Of a stretch of DNA of 64,000 nt, positions 1 through 8,967 are shown piece by piece (positions within the stretch are counted from its first letter, which is position 1; each line of letters opens with the position of its first letter). Under the pieces are notes generated by a model, which saw nothing but the letters and a program-made list of their open reading frames with translations, was not told the origin of the DNA and ran no database searches. This DNA is from Candidatus Thorarchaeota archaeon (GTDB taxonomy: Archaea > Asgardarchaeota > Thorarchaeia > Thorarchaeales > Thorarchaeaceae): positions 1-64,000 of the forward strand of contig DXJO01000046.1 of NCBI GenBank assembly GCA_019057475.1. Direction: 5' to 3'. The position numbers were made by a program, and so were the translations under genes.

Positions 1-139
1 GGACGTAAAATGCCCGTGGAGAGGACGTAAGACTTTCAGTTAATTCTTCAGAATTAACAAAAAGCAACCTCGATGAAGCAGGAACCGAACATCAGTTCAG
101 GACCTTGATGTCAAGGATTGTCGAGGTTTCGGGCAATGG
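1..139 (+). mobile_element. Probable right end / omegaRNA region of a TnpB-encoding IS (IS607-like; IS200/IS605 not excluded); element body lies upstream of the window
   Basis: ACGTAAAATGCCCGTGGAGAGGACGTAAGA reads T*NARGEDVR, and TCGATGAAGCAGGAACCGAACATC reads SMKQEPNI; both resemble tnpB 3' ends as I recall them. Hairpins at 39-58 and around 102-115. Ends ...GGTTTCGGGCAATGG at a GG. The adjacent host ORF runs into it. Confidence 0.55.
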
Positions 140-635
140 TCCACCTTTCGCTCTCAGCCACCAAGTGGAAAGTTAGTTTCCACACGTAGTTCACATCGCG
201 TCCCATCAAATGACCCGGCAACACCACAATCTCCTCACAGAAACCCCAATATCTGCCATCATCCACGAAGAAGTCGGTGGCAGCAATTACTATGGTTGAG
301 AAGTTGGCACTAACTGAAGAGTTCACAGAAACAACCCACTCCAGTGTTTGATTGTCAGGACTGAGGCAGATGATGGTTTCGTAGAAACCTGTTTCGTTGA
401 TCTGGACCACAGCGAAGGAACTCACCGAGGAGTTGGCGGAGAGATCCCGGTCCGAGCCTCCTAGAGGTTCCCAGAATAGAGTGTCATTGTCTGAAAGAAG
501 CTCGGATAATGCATGATTGCTTGTGAATTGCGGACTGATAGCAGTGAGCGCAGTCAAGTCCTCGGGCGCAAGGCGCAGCTCGCGGTAGTTGACGACAACA
601 ACAGCGTTGCAAACAGCTGTTGTAAATCTGGACAT
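111..635 (-). pseudogene. Truncated exported-type hypothetical protein, 3' end probably interrupted by the IS at about 139
   Basis: 174-aa ORF with many N-x-S/T sequons; its last codons (IARNLDNP*) lie inside the putative IS end. Confidence 0.45.
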
Positions 636-780
636 ACCTGAACAATTCTATTGTGGGCTTTATATAGACCAATACGACATTGATCTCTGAGGAATATGAC
701 ACACCTGTAAAGGTTCCTCACGGAGTAGTCCAGTGCCGTTTTCTGGACGTACTAGACTTCGGTGTCCAACTTTGTACAAC

Positions 781-870
781 TTACAATGAACGGTAGTCGG
801 AATCCTGAGCAGCCACTGGAACTGCGATCAGCAAGACCAGCGCTGCTGCAATGATTGCCTGCCGCTTCAT
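781..870 (-). pseudogene. Signal-peptide-only remnant (or small secreted peptide)
   Basis: ATG abuts the upstream gene's stop and follows GAAGGTGA; translates MKRQAIIAAALVLLIAVPVAAQDSDYRSL*. Confidence 0.45.
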
Positions 871-1173
871 TCAGTCACCTTCGTTCTCGCGAATCATCTC
901 AAATATCACTGTACCGCCGGATGTTAATGGCGGACCTGGATCCAGGCACTGAACAAAGTAGCTGTCCGTTTCCTTGGAGAGGCCAATCTCGTCTGCTGGA
1001 ATCCCGTACCGAACAGCCAGAAGGTAAGGCAAGAATGATGCAGATGCCCAGACACAATACGCGTCTGTTTCATCTTTCACAAGCTCCGGACCGTCAAAGA
1101 CCATCTGATCGTTCTTCTTGAATACCGGGCACGTGCCTTTGATTTCATGCACTCTAATTCGGATTCTGGTCAT
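871..1173 (-). CDS. TIGR04076 family protein
   Basis: V.EIKG.CP, C.WA...LPY and QC.DPG......GTV.F motifs. Confidence 0.8.
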   Translation of the reverse strand: MTRIRIRVHEIKGTCPVFKKNDQMVFDGPELVKDETDAYCVWASASFLPYLLAVRYGIPADEIGLSKETDSYFVQCLDPGPPLTSGGTVIFEMIRENEGD

Positions 1174-1250
1174 GGAACTCAATCCAGTCTAGCAATACTC
1201 CCATTTCTTTATCAATCTGACAGAATCATGCACAAGAACTCTTCCTGACA

Positions 1251-1937
1251 TCACTCGGCGTCCCATGCTAGCCAGAGTAATTCCACTATTTCATCTGCAT
1301 GAACCTGATGGGTACAATTCCTGGGGATGTAGTACACCGTCTGTGCCTGCAACTCGAACTCCTCATGCTCTATGAGAATCTTGCCTTTGCCTCCGAGAAC
1401 AACGAATGCCTGCGGCCATGGATCCTTCTCTCCTTCTTCGTTGAGGGTTTTTCCAGCTGGGACATGATACCATGCGTATCTGACTCCTTTCCAGTACACG
1501 AGCGGAATCGGCCTAGCACCGTGTGCCTCACCTGCAAGTCCAAGGCGAAGCTCCCTCCTCTTTATTCTCCCAGGGTTAAAGAAAAATGTTGCCAAGCCCT
1601 TTATCGCCTCCATTGCTTCATTCACTCGACTGTTGTCAATGAACTCGAAGTCGATGGGGCGTGTTTCCTTGATGTGCGAGCGACCCGCGAGAGCAAATGC
1701 ATCAACCTCACGTTTCATTATCTTCTCTAGGATTTCTGCAGTCATAGTGATCTTGAACACAGGGTCCACCAGCCCTTCTTCAACACCCGACTCCTCACCT
1801 ATCAGAAGCGTTGCGGTTTCACCTGTGTCCGTTAGCTCCACTCCCACACGCATGCTACCGGGAAAAATGTGCAAGAGATCGACATAGAGCTCAACATCGT
1901 TCATCATTTGTTTCAGAGTGCCGATCAGCTTCGACAT
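1251..1937 (-). CDS. Cupin domain protein with SCP2-like N-terminal domain
   Basis: C-terminal VLGGKG..IE...ELQ....YIPRN..HQV cupin barrel; N-terminal TATL...PVFKITMT is SCP2-like. Confidence 0.65.
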   Translation of the reverse strand: MSKLIGTLKQMMNDVELYVDLLHIFPGSMRVGVELTDTGETATLLIGEESGVEEGLVDPVFKITMTAEILEKIMKREVDAFALAGRSHIKETRPIDFEFIDNSRVNEAMEAIKGLATFFFNPGRIKRRELRLGLAGEAHGARPIPLVYWKGVRYAWYHVPAGKTLNEEGEKDPWPQAFVVLGGKGKILIEHEEFELQAQTVYYIPRNCTHQVHADEIVELLWLAWDAE

Positions 1938-2004
1938 GATTGTTCACATGCCACGGAAGAGAAACCACGAATTGAATCTTGGGTTTCGGAGAACAATCAG
2001 GTGA

Positions 2005-2079
2005 TGGGGCCCGAAGCGGGAATCGAACCCGCGTCAGAGGAACCACAATCCCCTATGCTGCCATTACACCACTCGGGCC
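2005..2079 (-). tRNA. tRNA-His(GTG), G-1 and CCA encoded, no intron
   Basis: Cloverleaf: acceptor GCCCGAG/TTCGGGC, anticodon arm GGGGA-TTGTGGT-TCCTC, T arm GCGGG-TTCGATT-CCCGC, C73. Confidence 0.97.
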
Positions 2080-2292
2080 ATGGGTTGTCCCCACCAAGGG
2101 AATGAAATCATGCAGAATTGACTTATCTTATTAGCTTATTCATGGCTCGCCTTAGTTCTCCTCAACTTGCAGTGCCAAACTCACAGTATTGGATTGTGGT
2201 TCAATGAGCCATTAGGACAACCATCATGTCACCGCGGGGCTATTGAACGTGATTTCCATGATATTGATAGAATCACAACGACACTCCAGCAA

Positions 2293-2667
2293 CTAGGAAA
2301 CGTGTTTGCGGGCCGCCTTCAGATCCGCAACCTCATCTTCGAGGTCACTGATACACTCGGTCATTTCCATGACCTTTTCGAGAAGGATGGATATCAGGTA
2401 TCCGTAGTTGACACTGTACCCCTCTTCACGCTCAATGATGTTGGTCTCTTCAAGTCTGCGTGCGGCGTTGGTGACCGACTGCTTGGAAACCCTGCGGTCC
2501 TTGAGAAACGCATCAACACTCTCGCGCACATCGCGCGGAGCCACTGGCGAGCTTCTCAGGGGATTAAGGAGAGTATGTAACAACAACAGCCCCGCACTCA
2601 TTCGGGGGTTCATCAATTTAGCAAATGCCAGATCGAGTTCTGACCTCAATGTGCTTCTCTTCCTCAT
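2293..2667 (-). CDS. Winged-helix protein with C-terminal coiled coil
   Basis: VSKQSVTNAARRLEETNIIER recognition helix/wing. Confidence 0.65.
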   Translation of the reverse strand: MRKRSTLRSELDLAFAKLMNPRMSAGLLLLHTLLNPLRSSPVAPRDVRESVDAFLKDRRVSKQSVTNAARRLEETNIIEREEGYSVNYGYLISILLEKVMEMTECISDLEDEVADLKAARKHVS

Positions 2668-2854
2668 CCTTTCATTTAGCTACGGTAGGTAAACGCTTAG
2701 TCTGTGTTAAACTTTCTCGTGCGCTTGGAAGGCCTCAGGAATGGACCAAGATTCGGTATTGGGACTGTAAACGTTTACCAGAACGCGTAGAAGATTCAAC
2801 AGGAATAACAAGAAAGAAAAGACACGTAGTGACCCTGAGTCAAGCGTGAACTGT

Positions 2855-3541
2855 ATGCCAGAAAGCCTCGAACGAGTTGTGTTTGTGTCTGTGATACACA
2901 CGGATGCGGATAGCGTTGAGCACGCAAGGAAAATCGTGAGAGAGGTAAAGCCAGATGTGGTGGCAGTGGAGCTTGACAGAGAGAGGTATGAGCAGCTAAT
3001 CAGTTCACATTCATCAACTGAAACCCCAGAGCTGCCAATAACAGGGGATGTGGTGCAGAATCTTCTGAACCAGATAGCAATGTTGGAGAACAGTCTTAGC
3101 GGTATCACCGGGGCGGCAGTGGGCGAAGAGATGCTTACTGCAATCAAAGAGGGACGAGAGATAGGTGCGAAGATTGCCTTAGTGGATAGGCCCATCAGTG
3201 CAACAGTACATGCCCTCAGGCAGGTGCCTCTGGATGAGATATACCGACTTACGAGTCTCGTTCCCGATGCTACCGCAGAGATTGAAGGGGGGAGTGCCCA
3301 GGATCTGATGTCGTTTCTGAAGGAGGATGGTTCTGTTGACGCGCTAATGGAGCAATTCAAGGATGAGTTTCCTCTCCTGCACGAAGCCCTCATCCACCAA
3401 AGAGATCTGTACATAGCAAAGGCACTGCTTTCGATTCTCAATGATGTTGAAGGGAATATAGTCGCCGTCTTAGGTGCGGGTCATACAGAGGGGGTTCGGA
3501 AGACACTTGGACAATTGCTTGAGGCTGAAGCTGGCTCCTAA
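2855..3541 (+). CDS. TraB/PrgY/GumN family protein
   Basis: KPDVVAVELD..RY, G.EM..A, LVDRPI, LIHQRD, VAVLGAGH. Confidence 0.9.
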   Translation: MPESLERVVFVSVIHTDADSVEHARKIVREVKPDVVAVELDRERYEQLISSHSSTETPELPITGDVVQNLLNQIAMLENSLSGITGAAVGEEMLTAIKEGREIGAKIALVDRPISATVHALRQVPLDEIYRLTSLVPDATAEIEGGSAQDLMSFLKEDGSVDALMEQFKDEFPLLHEALIHQRDLYIAKALLSILNDVEGNIVAVLGAGHTEGVRKTLGQLLEAEAGS

Positions 3542-4188
3542 AGCTCGAGTGCATCGATAAGCTCGTCTAGCCCCTCCCCAGTCTTTGAACTCACTTTGAA
3601 GGCTGGCAGTTTTGCATCAACCTCGCGAACATCATTGACAAGAGCATCGACATCGAATTCCAAGACATCTGCTAGGTCGATCTTGTTTATGATCACCATA
3701 TCAGATCTCTTGATTGTGAGAGGATGTTTCTTCACCATGTAGGGACCTTCTGTGATGCTGAGTACGACTATCTTCTTATCCACGCCAAGTGGGTATCCGG
3801 CGGGGCAGATCAGGTTTCCAACATTCTCGATGAACATGAGCTGATACTTGCCGAGATCTATTTCCCCCAAGGCGTAGCGTACCATTCTTGCATCGAGATG
3901 ACATGCAGTTCCAGTATTGATTTGCACTGTGTCCACACCATGCGAAGCGACTCTATCTGCATCAATTGTTGTGGCCAAGTCTCCTGCTACCATCAGTATG
4001 CGATACTTTCCAACAAGCCGAACACACAGTGACTCAATCAGCAGAGTCTTGCCGGTACCCACGGACCCCATTATATCAAAGGTCCTGATACCATGCTTTC
4101 TGAAGATATCAGCGTTGATACTGGCCGCCTCTTCATTGGCCCCAAAGAGGTCTTTGCGAATGTCAATTGATACGGTCTTGTCAGTCAT
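3538..4188 (-). CDS. hypB: Hydrogenase nickel incorporation GTPase HypB
   Basis: GSVGTGKT, INTGTACHLDA, IENVGNLICP, SITEG, INKID. Confidence 0.95.
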   Translation of the reverse strand: MTDKTVSIDIRKDLFGANEEAASINADIFRKHGIRTFDIMGSVGTGKTLLIESLCVRLVGKYRILMVAGDLATTIDADRVASHGVDTVQINTGTACHLDARMVRYALGEIDLGKYQLMFIENVGNLICPAGYPLGVDKKIVVLSITEGPYMVKKHPLTIKRSDMVIINKIDLADVLEFDVDALVNDVREVDAKLPAFKVSSKTGEGLDELIDALEL

Positions 4189-4769
4189 TCCGTTGTGTCC
4201 TCTGCATCCATGATGGGCTCATCAGGAGTTGGCTCTTCCGGTTCGGGATACAGATAATCACTAGCGATAGGCCTGATGATTCGTCGCTCTACAAACAATG
4301 CCACGATAGCCCAGAGAAATCCCTGGGTCATGTCCAACAGAGCTGCTGCCAAGATAATTTCGATGGGGTCTACAAATGATGCAAATACAGTCGCGGTTGG
4401 TATGAAGCCGCCGATTATTCCTCCACCTAGGACAACCATTAATGCATACTTCCGCGAGGTCCGCTCTTTTGTCACGTGAATCGCTAATCCAGAACCGATG
4501 CCCAGGAAGATGTTGCCAATCATTGGAAGAAGTGGGGGCTCGCCTCCACCCATGGCGCCGCCTATGCCAACTATGGCCCCAACGAATATGCCTCCTGGTA
4601 CACCACCAATCACACCACCCAGAAGCGAAAAGAGAAATCCTGGAGTTAGCTCCACGAATCCGGGGATTACAGGAATACGAATAAACATCCGCACAACGAT
4701 GCCAAGAGCTGCAATCAGTGCGAGTGTGGTCAATGAAACTGTGTTCTTTCGAAGAGGAATCTGAGCCAT
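4185..4769 (-). CDS. ECF transporter S-component-like membrane protein
   Basis: LTTLALIAAL N-terminal helix, Gly-rich TM helices (GGVPGGIFVGAIVG). Confidence 0.7.
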   Translation of the reverse strand: MAQIPLRKNTVSLTTLALIAALGIVVRMFIRIPVIPGFVELTPGFLFSLLGGVIGGVPGGIFVGAIVGIGGAMGGGEPPLLPMIGNIFLGIGSGLAIHVTKERTSRKYALMVVLGGGIIGGFIPTATVFASFVDPIEIILAAALLDMTQGFLWAIVALFVERRIIRPIASDYLYPEPEEPTPDEPIMDAEDTTE

Positions 4770-4787
4770 TTATTCGCCTCGCTGATT

Positions 4788-5165
4788 CTATCGAGGCGGT
4801 TCGGGCCAATTGCTCAACAAGAGTCTTTTGGTTTCTGTGTACCAGTGTTCTAGCTGTTCGAGTATCTGCAGTTTTACAGCTTCTGTCGATATTGCTCGAT
4901 AGACGTAGAAGTAGCCGCCTCGCTCAATTCTTTTCTTCTCGCGCTCTATGAGACCCTTGCGGTCCAATTTTTGCAGAATGCGTTGGACAGTGCTGCGGTC
5001 CCTGTCAATTCTTTTTTCCAGCTCTTCAACGGTCCTAGTACCACCAAGCAGAGAGAAGTAGATGTCAATCTCGCTGCTGCGCAGACCGAATGCGCAACAC
5101 AACAAGTCCGACGGCTTCTCGAGATTCTTTGTAAATAGCCCCACTAGTGGCTCTCTGGTCGTCAT
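4788..5165 (-). CDS. TrmB-like HTH transcriptional regulator
   Basis: CAFGL..SE..IY..L, RDRSTVQRILQKL, RGGYFYVY. Confidence 0.85.
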   Translation of the reverse strand: MTTREPLVGLFTKNLEKPSDLLCCAFGLRSSEIDIYFSLLGGTRTVEELEKRIDRDRSTVQRILQKLDRKGLIEREKKRIERGGYFYVYRAISTEAVKLQILEQLEHWYTETKRLLLSNWPEPPR

Positions 5166-5289
5166 AGCGACTTTATCAGGGTGCCCTTTCAAGATAAGGG
5201 TTGTGCAAAAGCAAGCACAAGCGAATCTGGGGGATAATACTTCGTTTCAAAAGAACACAACACCTTCTCTTTTAATGGGAGTGCCAGAT

Positions 5290-5745
5290 ATGGACTTTAG
5301 CGCACTAAGAAATGGTCGGGACTTAGCTCCATGGGAGCGCCCTGAGATTGATCCAAGACCCATGCATCACGTTAACCTGGCCCCGCTTAAGGGAGTTATA
5401 GAGTCCGACCCTGTTCGATCAAGAGTGCTTAGACTGTTGATTAATGACGGCGGCTGGGTGACCACTGCAGACCTGTTAGGAGCGGCACGCAAGGTTAGGC
5501 CAATCATTGGAGCTGTGACTATTGGCACAATCCTACACAGCTTGAATGAGATTGTTGCCTCTCGGCTGATACTGAGCAGAACATCTCTTGCCTCTGGCAT
5601 CGACTGGGCCGAGTGGAGGATTAACCCTGACTGGCTAGACCCAACGAGGAAGCTCCTCCGGATGCTAGGAAGACCCAAGCTACGAGTTCCGGCAGAAGAG
5701 AGAATTCACGCGAAAGTTGAGCAGCTGTTGAGTGACATACCATAG
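5290..5745 (+). CDS. Hypothetical protein, probable winged helix
   Basis: GGAGTG RBS before ATG 5290; DPVRSRVLRLL...VTTADL...EWRINP. Confidence 0.6.
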   Translation: MDFSALRNGRDLAPWERPEIDPRPMHHVNLAPLKGVIESDPVRSRVLRLLINDGGWVTTADLLGAARKVRPIIGAVTIGTILHSLNEIVASRLILSRTSLASGIDWAEWRINPDWLDPTRKLLRMLGRPKLRVPAEERIHAKVEQLLSDIP

Positions 5746-5818
5746 TCAATTACTCATTATTGGGTAGCTATCTCCTGCTGAGTAAACTTCTTAAGTTAGG
5801 CGTCTGCGAGTCGTCATC

Positions 5819-6469
5819 ATGCCAGATGCGACTACTCATCGGGCCCTTGATGCAGTCAGCTTCGTGGAGGATGACCAGGGAAGCATCGAGATGGAACTGG
5901 TTAAGGCCTCTGACTCGACTGACGATGTCATGGAAATCGTTGTGGCATCGGTTCTGGCGTCACTCTCCATTGCAGTCTCACCGGTCGCGGGATTCTTGGC
6001 ACGTGCTGGATGGGGAATCGCGTTTTTCGACCCAGTATCGCTATTCTGGATTGCCGCGTTCCTGATAGGCGGCCGAAAAGTTGGTTTTGTGAGTATGGTA
6101 GCAGGGACAGTTGGACTCCTCTTCTTTGATCCAACAGGGATTGGGCCGTTCTTCAAACTTGTAGCAACTGCACCGATGATCATCATCCCATGGGTGCTTG
6201 CCAATAGATCGGAACATGATCGGAAAGGGATGTATCTCTCTGACACAAAAGCCTACTTCATATCCATGCTTGGTGCGTCTATCCTGCGTCTTTGCATAAT
6301 GATTCCTGTCAATCTCATAGTAGTACCCATCATTTACCCATTCATTGGCACATTTGAGATCATCACGTTTACACTGACACTCAACGCATTCCAGAGCTTC
6401 TGGGATGCATTGGTTCCTTACGTGATTGTCCACAAGACCCCGGTTTACGACAAGTTTGGCATGTGGTAG
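5819..6469 (+). CDS. ECF S-component-like membrane protein
   Basis: About 6 hydrophobic helices; FFDPVS...GG...G, IGP.FK, NAFQ. Confidence 0.65.
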   Translation: MPDATTHRALDAVSFVEDDQGSIEMELVKASDSTDDVMEIVVASVLASLSIAVSPVAGFLARAGWGIAFFDPVSLFWIAAFLIGGRKVGFVSMVAGTVGLLFFDPTGIGPFFKLVATAPMIIIPWVLANRSEHDRKGMYLSDTKAYFISMLGASILRLCIMIPVNLIVVPIIYPFIGTFEIITFTLTLNAFQSFWDALVPYVIVHKTPVYDKFGMW

Positions 6470-6572
6470 AACTAGTGTGGTTCAATAGGAGGGGGGAGAC
6501 CCCGGTCGCAGAAATCGCTATATGCTGCAGACCCGAAGTAGTTGTAGGTTAGCTAAAGAGGGATGACTGAGA

Positions 6573-7394
6573 TTGCGTCGATGTGAGTTCTGTGATAGTC
6601 CAGTTCCAGCAGATGCAACAGTCTGTCCGGTCTGCAGGGAAACGATTGCAGAGGAAACCCTTGAGAGAATACTACCACTCTTAAAACGACCAGAATCCAA
6701 AGCGGTGAGGGTCAGAGGAACTATTGACCGACTATGGGGAGTCATTAGGAGACCAGCACCGACATATCGTGACATCGGACAGAGCCCAGATTTCTTAGGA
6801 CCATTCATAATCATTATTGCTAATGCCCTTGTATTCGCGGGGCTCTTTCTTGCAATGGCCTCAAAGATAACACAGATGGGCCCTGTATTTGACCCAGGGC
6901 TCAATGCCACAGTAATCCGACCAGTGAGCGTTCTGAATCTTGAATTCTCAATGCAGGTCTATGGCGCAGCCCTTACTAGCATTCTGCCGAGTATAATGAT
7001 GGGAATGCTGTATCTCTTCATTGGCAGCGCATTCGCACATTTTGCATTCAAGTTGGCAGGTGGAACGGGCAATAAATCAAAGACCATCGCAATTGTGGGC
7101 TACAGCATCATTCCAGTCGTGATCTTCAGACTCATAGCGACAATCTTTGTACTGGCCGCCATGTCACCCATCGCATTCGAATCCTTTGGAAGCTGGCAGG
7201 GGGTATTTGATGCCCTCTATGTATCCCCAATATGGCTGACAATAGACTGGATTACTCAAATCTCGTTCTTATGGGTAGGTTTTCTGCTCATCTTTGGAAT
7301 AAGAGAAGCCCATGATACTTCAACCCAGTGGGCCATGGTGGTTTCGATACTGTGTATGATTGCGCTGTCTTGGACCTTTTGGACGGCTCATTAG
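6573..7394 (+). CDS. Yip1 family membrane protein with N-terminal zinc ribbon
   Basis: CEFC..CPVC; VIRRPAPTYRDI, HFAFKLAGGTG, VGYSIIP, GIREAH. Confidence 0.85.
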   Translation: MRRCEFCDSPVPADATVCPVCRETIAEETLERILPLLKRPESKAVRVRGTIDRLWGVIRRPAPTYRDIGQSPDFLGPFIIIIANALVFAGLFLAMASKITQMGPVFDPGLNATVIRPVSVLNLEFSMQVYGAALTSILPSIMMGMLYLFIGSAFAHFAFKLAGGTGNKSKTIAIVGYSIIPVVIFRLIATIFVLAAMSPIAFESFGSWQGVFDALYVSPIWLTIDWITQISFLWVGFLLIFGIREAHDTSTQWAMVVSILCMIALSWTFWTAH

Positions 7395-7400
7395 CGGATT

Positions 7401-8333
7401 TCACAGGATGCCGTATAACGGAACTACGACAAAAGTGATGAGACCTACCAGTGCACCAATCTTGTCAAGCGTGCTACCTATCAGCAGACGTTTCGTATTG
7501 CTAGGACCAGTTAAAGGCGTTATAGCAGCGCCAATCACGACTGCCGAGCCAAGGAGGAGCAACAGCCATAGATCCCAGCTGGCATAGCCGAGGAACCATA
7601 TCAGTATGTAACAGGTGACTCCAATGAAATTCAGGATTGCAGCAACCCCAGCAGCAGCATGGTATCCGTACACTCTCGCAATGGTTCGGACATCTCTCAG
7701 CTTATCGCCCTCAACATCTTCAGCACCCTTGATTGTTTCGCGTGCCTGAAGTATCATGAAGGCAGTAATGAAGAATAGGATAGATGGAATGGGAATGTAT
7801 ATCGCAGCAACCTGTTCGCCATAAATGAAAGAGCCATAGATGACGCCGAAAGCGAAGGAAAAAGCAACCAAGAAGTTTCCAGCGATGCCAAGCTCCTTCA
7901 CTTTCGCCGCGTACGCATAGCCGACCACTAGGAAGATGACGACAATCACAGTGCCAAGAGGCCCATTCAGCCACGCGAACAACGCGCCAATCAGACTCAG
8001 GAAAGCAACATACATCCAGGCCTGCCGCACCGTCATGCGTCCGCTTGGCAGAGCCCTGTGTGGTCGATTGATCTTATCGACCTCTATGTCAAATATGTCA
8101 TTGACTACGTTGCCACCTGCTGCGACAAAGAAGTACGTTAGGTACGCGAAGATGAACAACGGCAGGTGTGTAGACAGAGCAGCAGGACTTGGGTCTAGTT
8201 TGTAGGACATTGCCACTCCTGCGATCACTGTTAAGCCGCCGATGATACAGTTTTGTGGGCGGATGATTTGCAGGAAGGCTTTCGGGTCTATTCCTTTCTG
8301 CTGATGGTTTTGAGATGAATCCATTTCCGACAT
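7401..8333 (-). CDS. UbiA-family digeranylgeranylglyceryl phosphate synthase
   Basis: IIRPQN, NDIFDIEVDKINRPHRALPSG, REtIKGAEDVEGD. Confidence 0.9.
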   Translation of the reverse strand: MSEMDSSQNHQQKGIDPKAFLQIIRPQNCIIGGLTVIAGVAMSYKLDPSPAALSTHLPLFIFAYLTYFFVAAGGNVVNDIFDIEVDKINRPHRALPSGRMTVRQAWMYVAFLSLIGALFAWLNGPLGTVIVVIFLVVGYAYAAKVKELGIAGNFLVAFSFAFGVIYGSFIYGEQVAAIYIPIPSILFFITAFMILQARETIKGAEDVEGDKLRDVRTIARVYGYHAAAGVAAILNFIGVTCYILIWFLGYASWDLWLLLLLGSAVVIGAAITPLTGPSNTKRLLIGSTLDKIGALVGLITFVVVPLYGIL

Positions 8334-8455
8334 TCGCTGTCCTTCCAACACACATGAAGACATCAATGTCGATTAAAGAATTGTGGAAACGGTTTGAGAA
8401 AACCTAATCACTCTTATTATGGTCCAAACTTAACCGCAGAAAGGATGTGCTGTAA

Positions 8456-8962
8456 ATGTTTGAGGACCTTCCGAAGGCCACACTGTTGAAAATAATTGAT
8501 GTATATGCCAAGGCGTGGCAGGCAATGGATGGCGCATACTTCCTAGCGCTGGAAAAAGAGTTCGGCATTGATGTGGCCATGGAAATGGACAAGGAAGCAT
8601 GGAAACTCTTCTCACCCATAGAGGCACGACGCATAATGCGGGAGTTTGGGGTTGAATCAAACGGAGGTCTGAAGTCGCTAGAGAAGGCGTTGGACTACCG
8701 AGTGTATGCGAGATTGAACAAGCAGTCTATAGTATGGAAGGATGACAAGACTCTGATATTCACCATGGATGAATGCAGAGTCCAGACTGCAAGGAATCGG
8801 AAGGGACTTCCAGATTTCCCCTGTCGACCGGTTGGAGAGATTGAGTACAGTTACTTCGCTGAAACGATTGACCCCAGAATCAAGACGTGCTGCGTATTCT
8901 GTCCGCCTGACAAACACCCCCCTGATGCTTACTGTCGCTGGGAGTTCACCGTGGAGGATTGA
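8456..8962 (+). CDS. DUF6125 family protein
   Basis: W.AMDG.YF, CRVQ.AR.RKGL.DFPC, C.FCPPD.HP...C.WEF. Confidence 0.8.
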   Translation: MFEDLPKATLLKIIDVYAKAWQAMDGAYFLALEKEFGIDVAMEMDKEAWKLFSPIEARRIMREFGVESNGGLKSLEKALDYRVYARLNKQSIVWKDDKTLIFTMDECRVQTARNRKGLPDFPCRPVGEIEYSYFAETIDPRIKTCCVFCPPDKHPPDAYCRWEFTVED

Positions 8963-8967
8963 ACTGA

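Noticed and set aside
8456-8962. DUF6125 protein as a TRAPP/Bet3 eukaryotic signature
   Set aside because: Motifs fit the widespread prokaryotic DUF6125 family; any V4R fold link is generic
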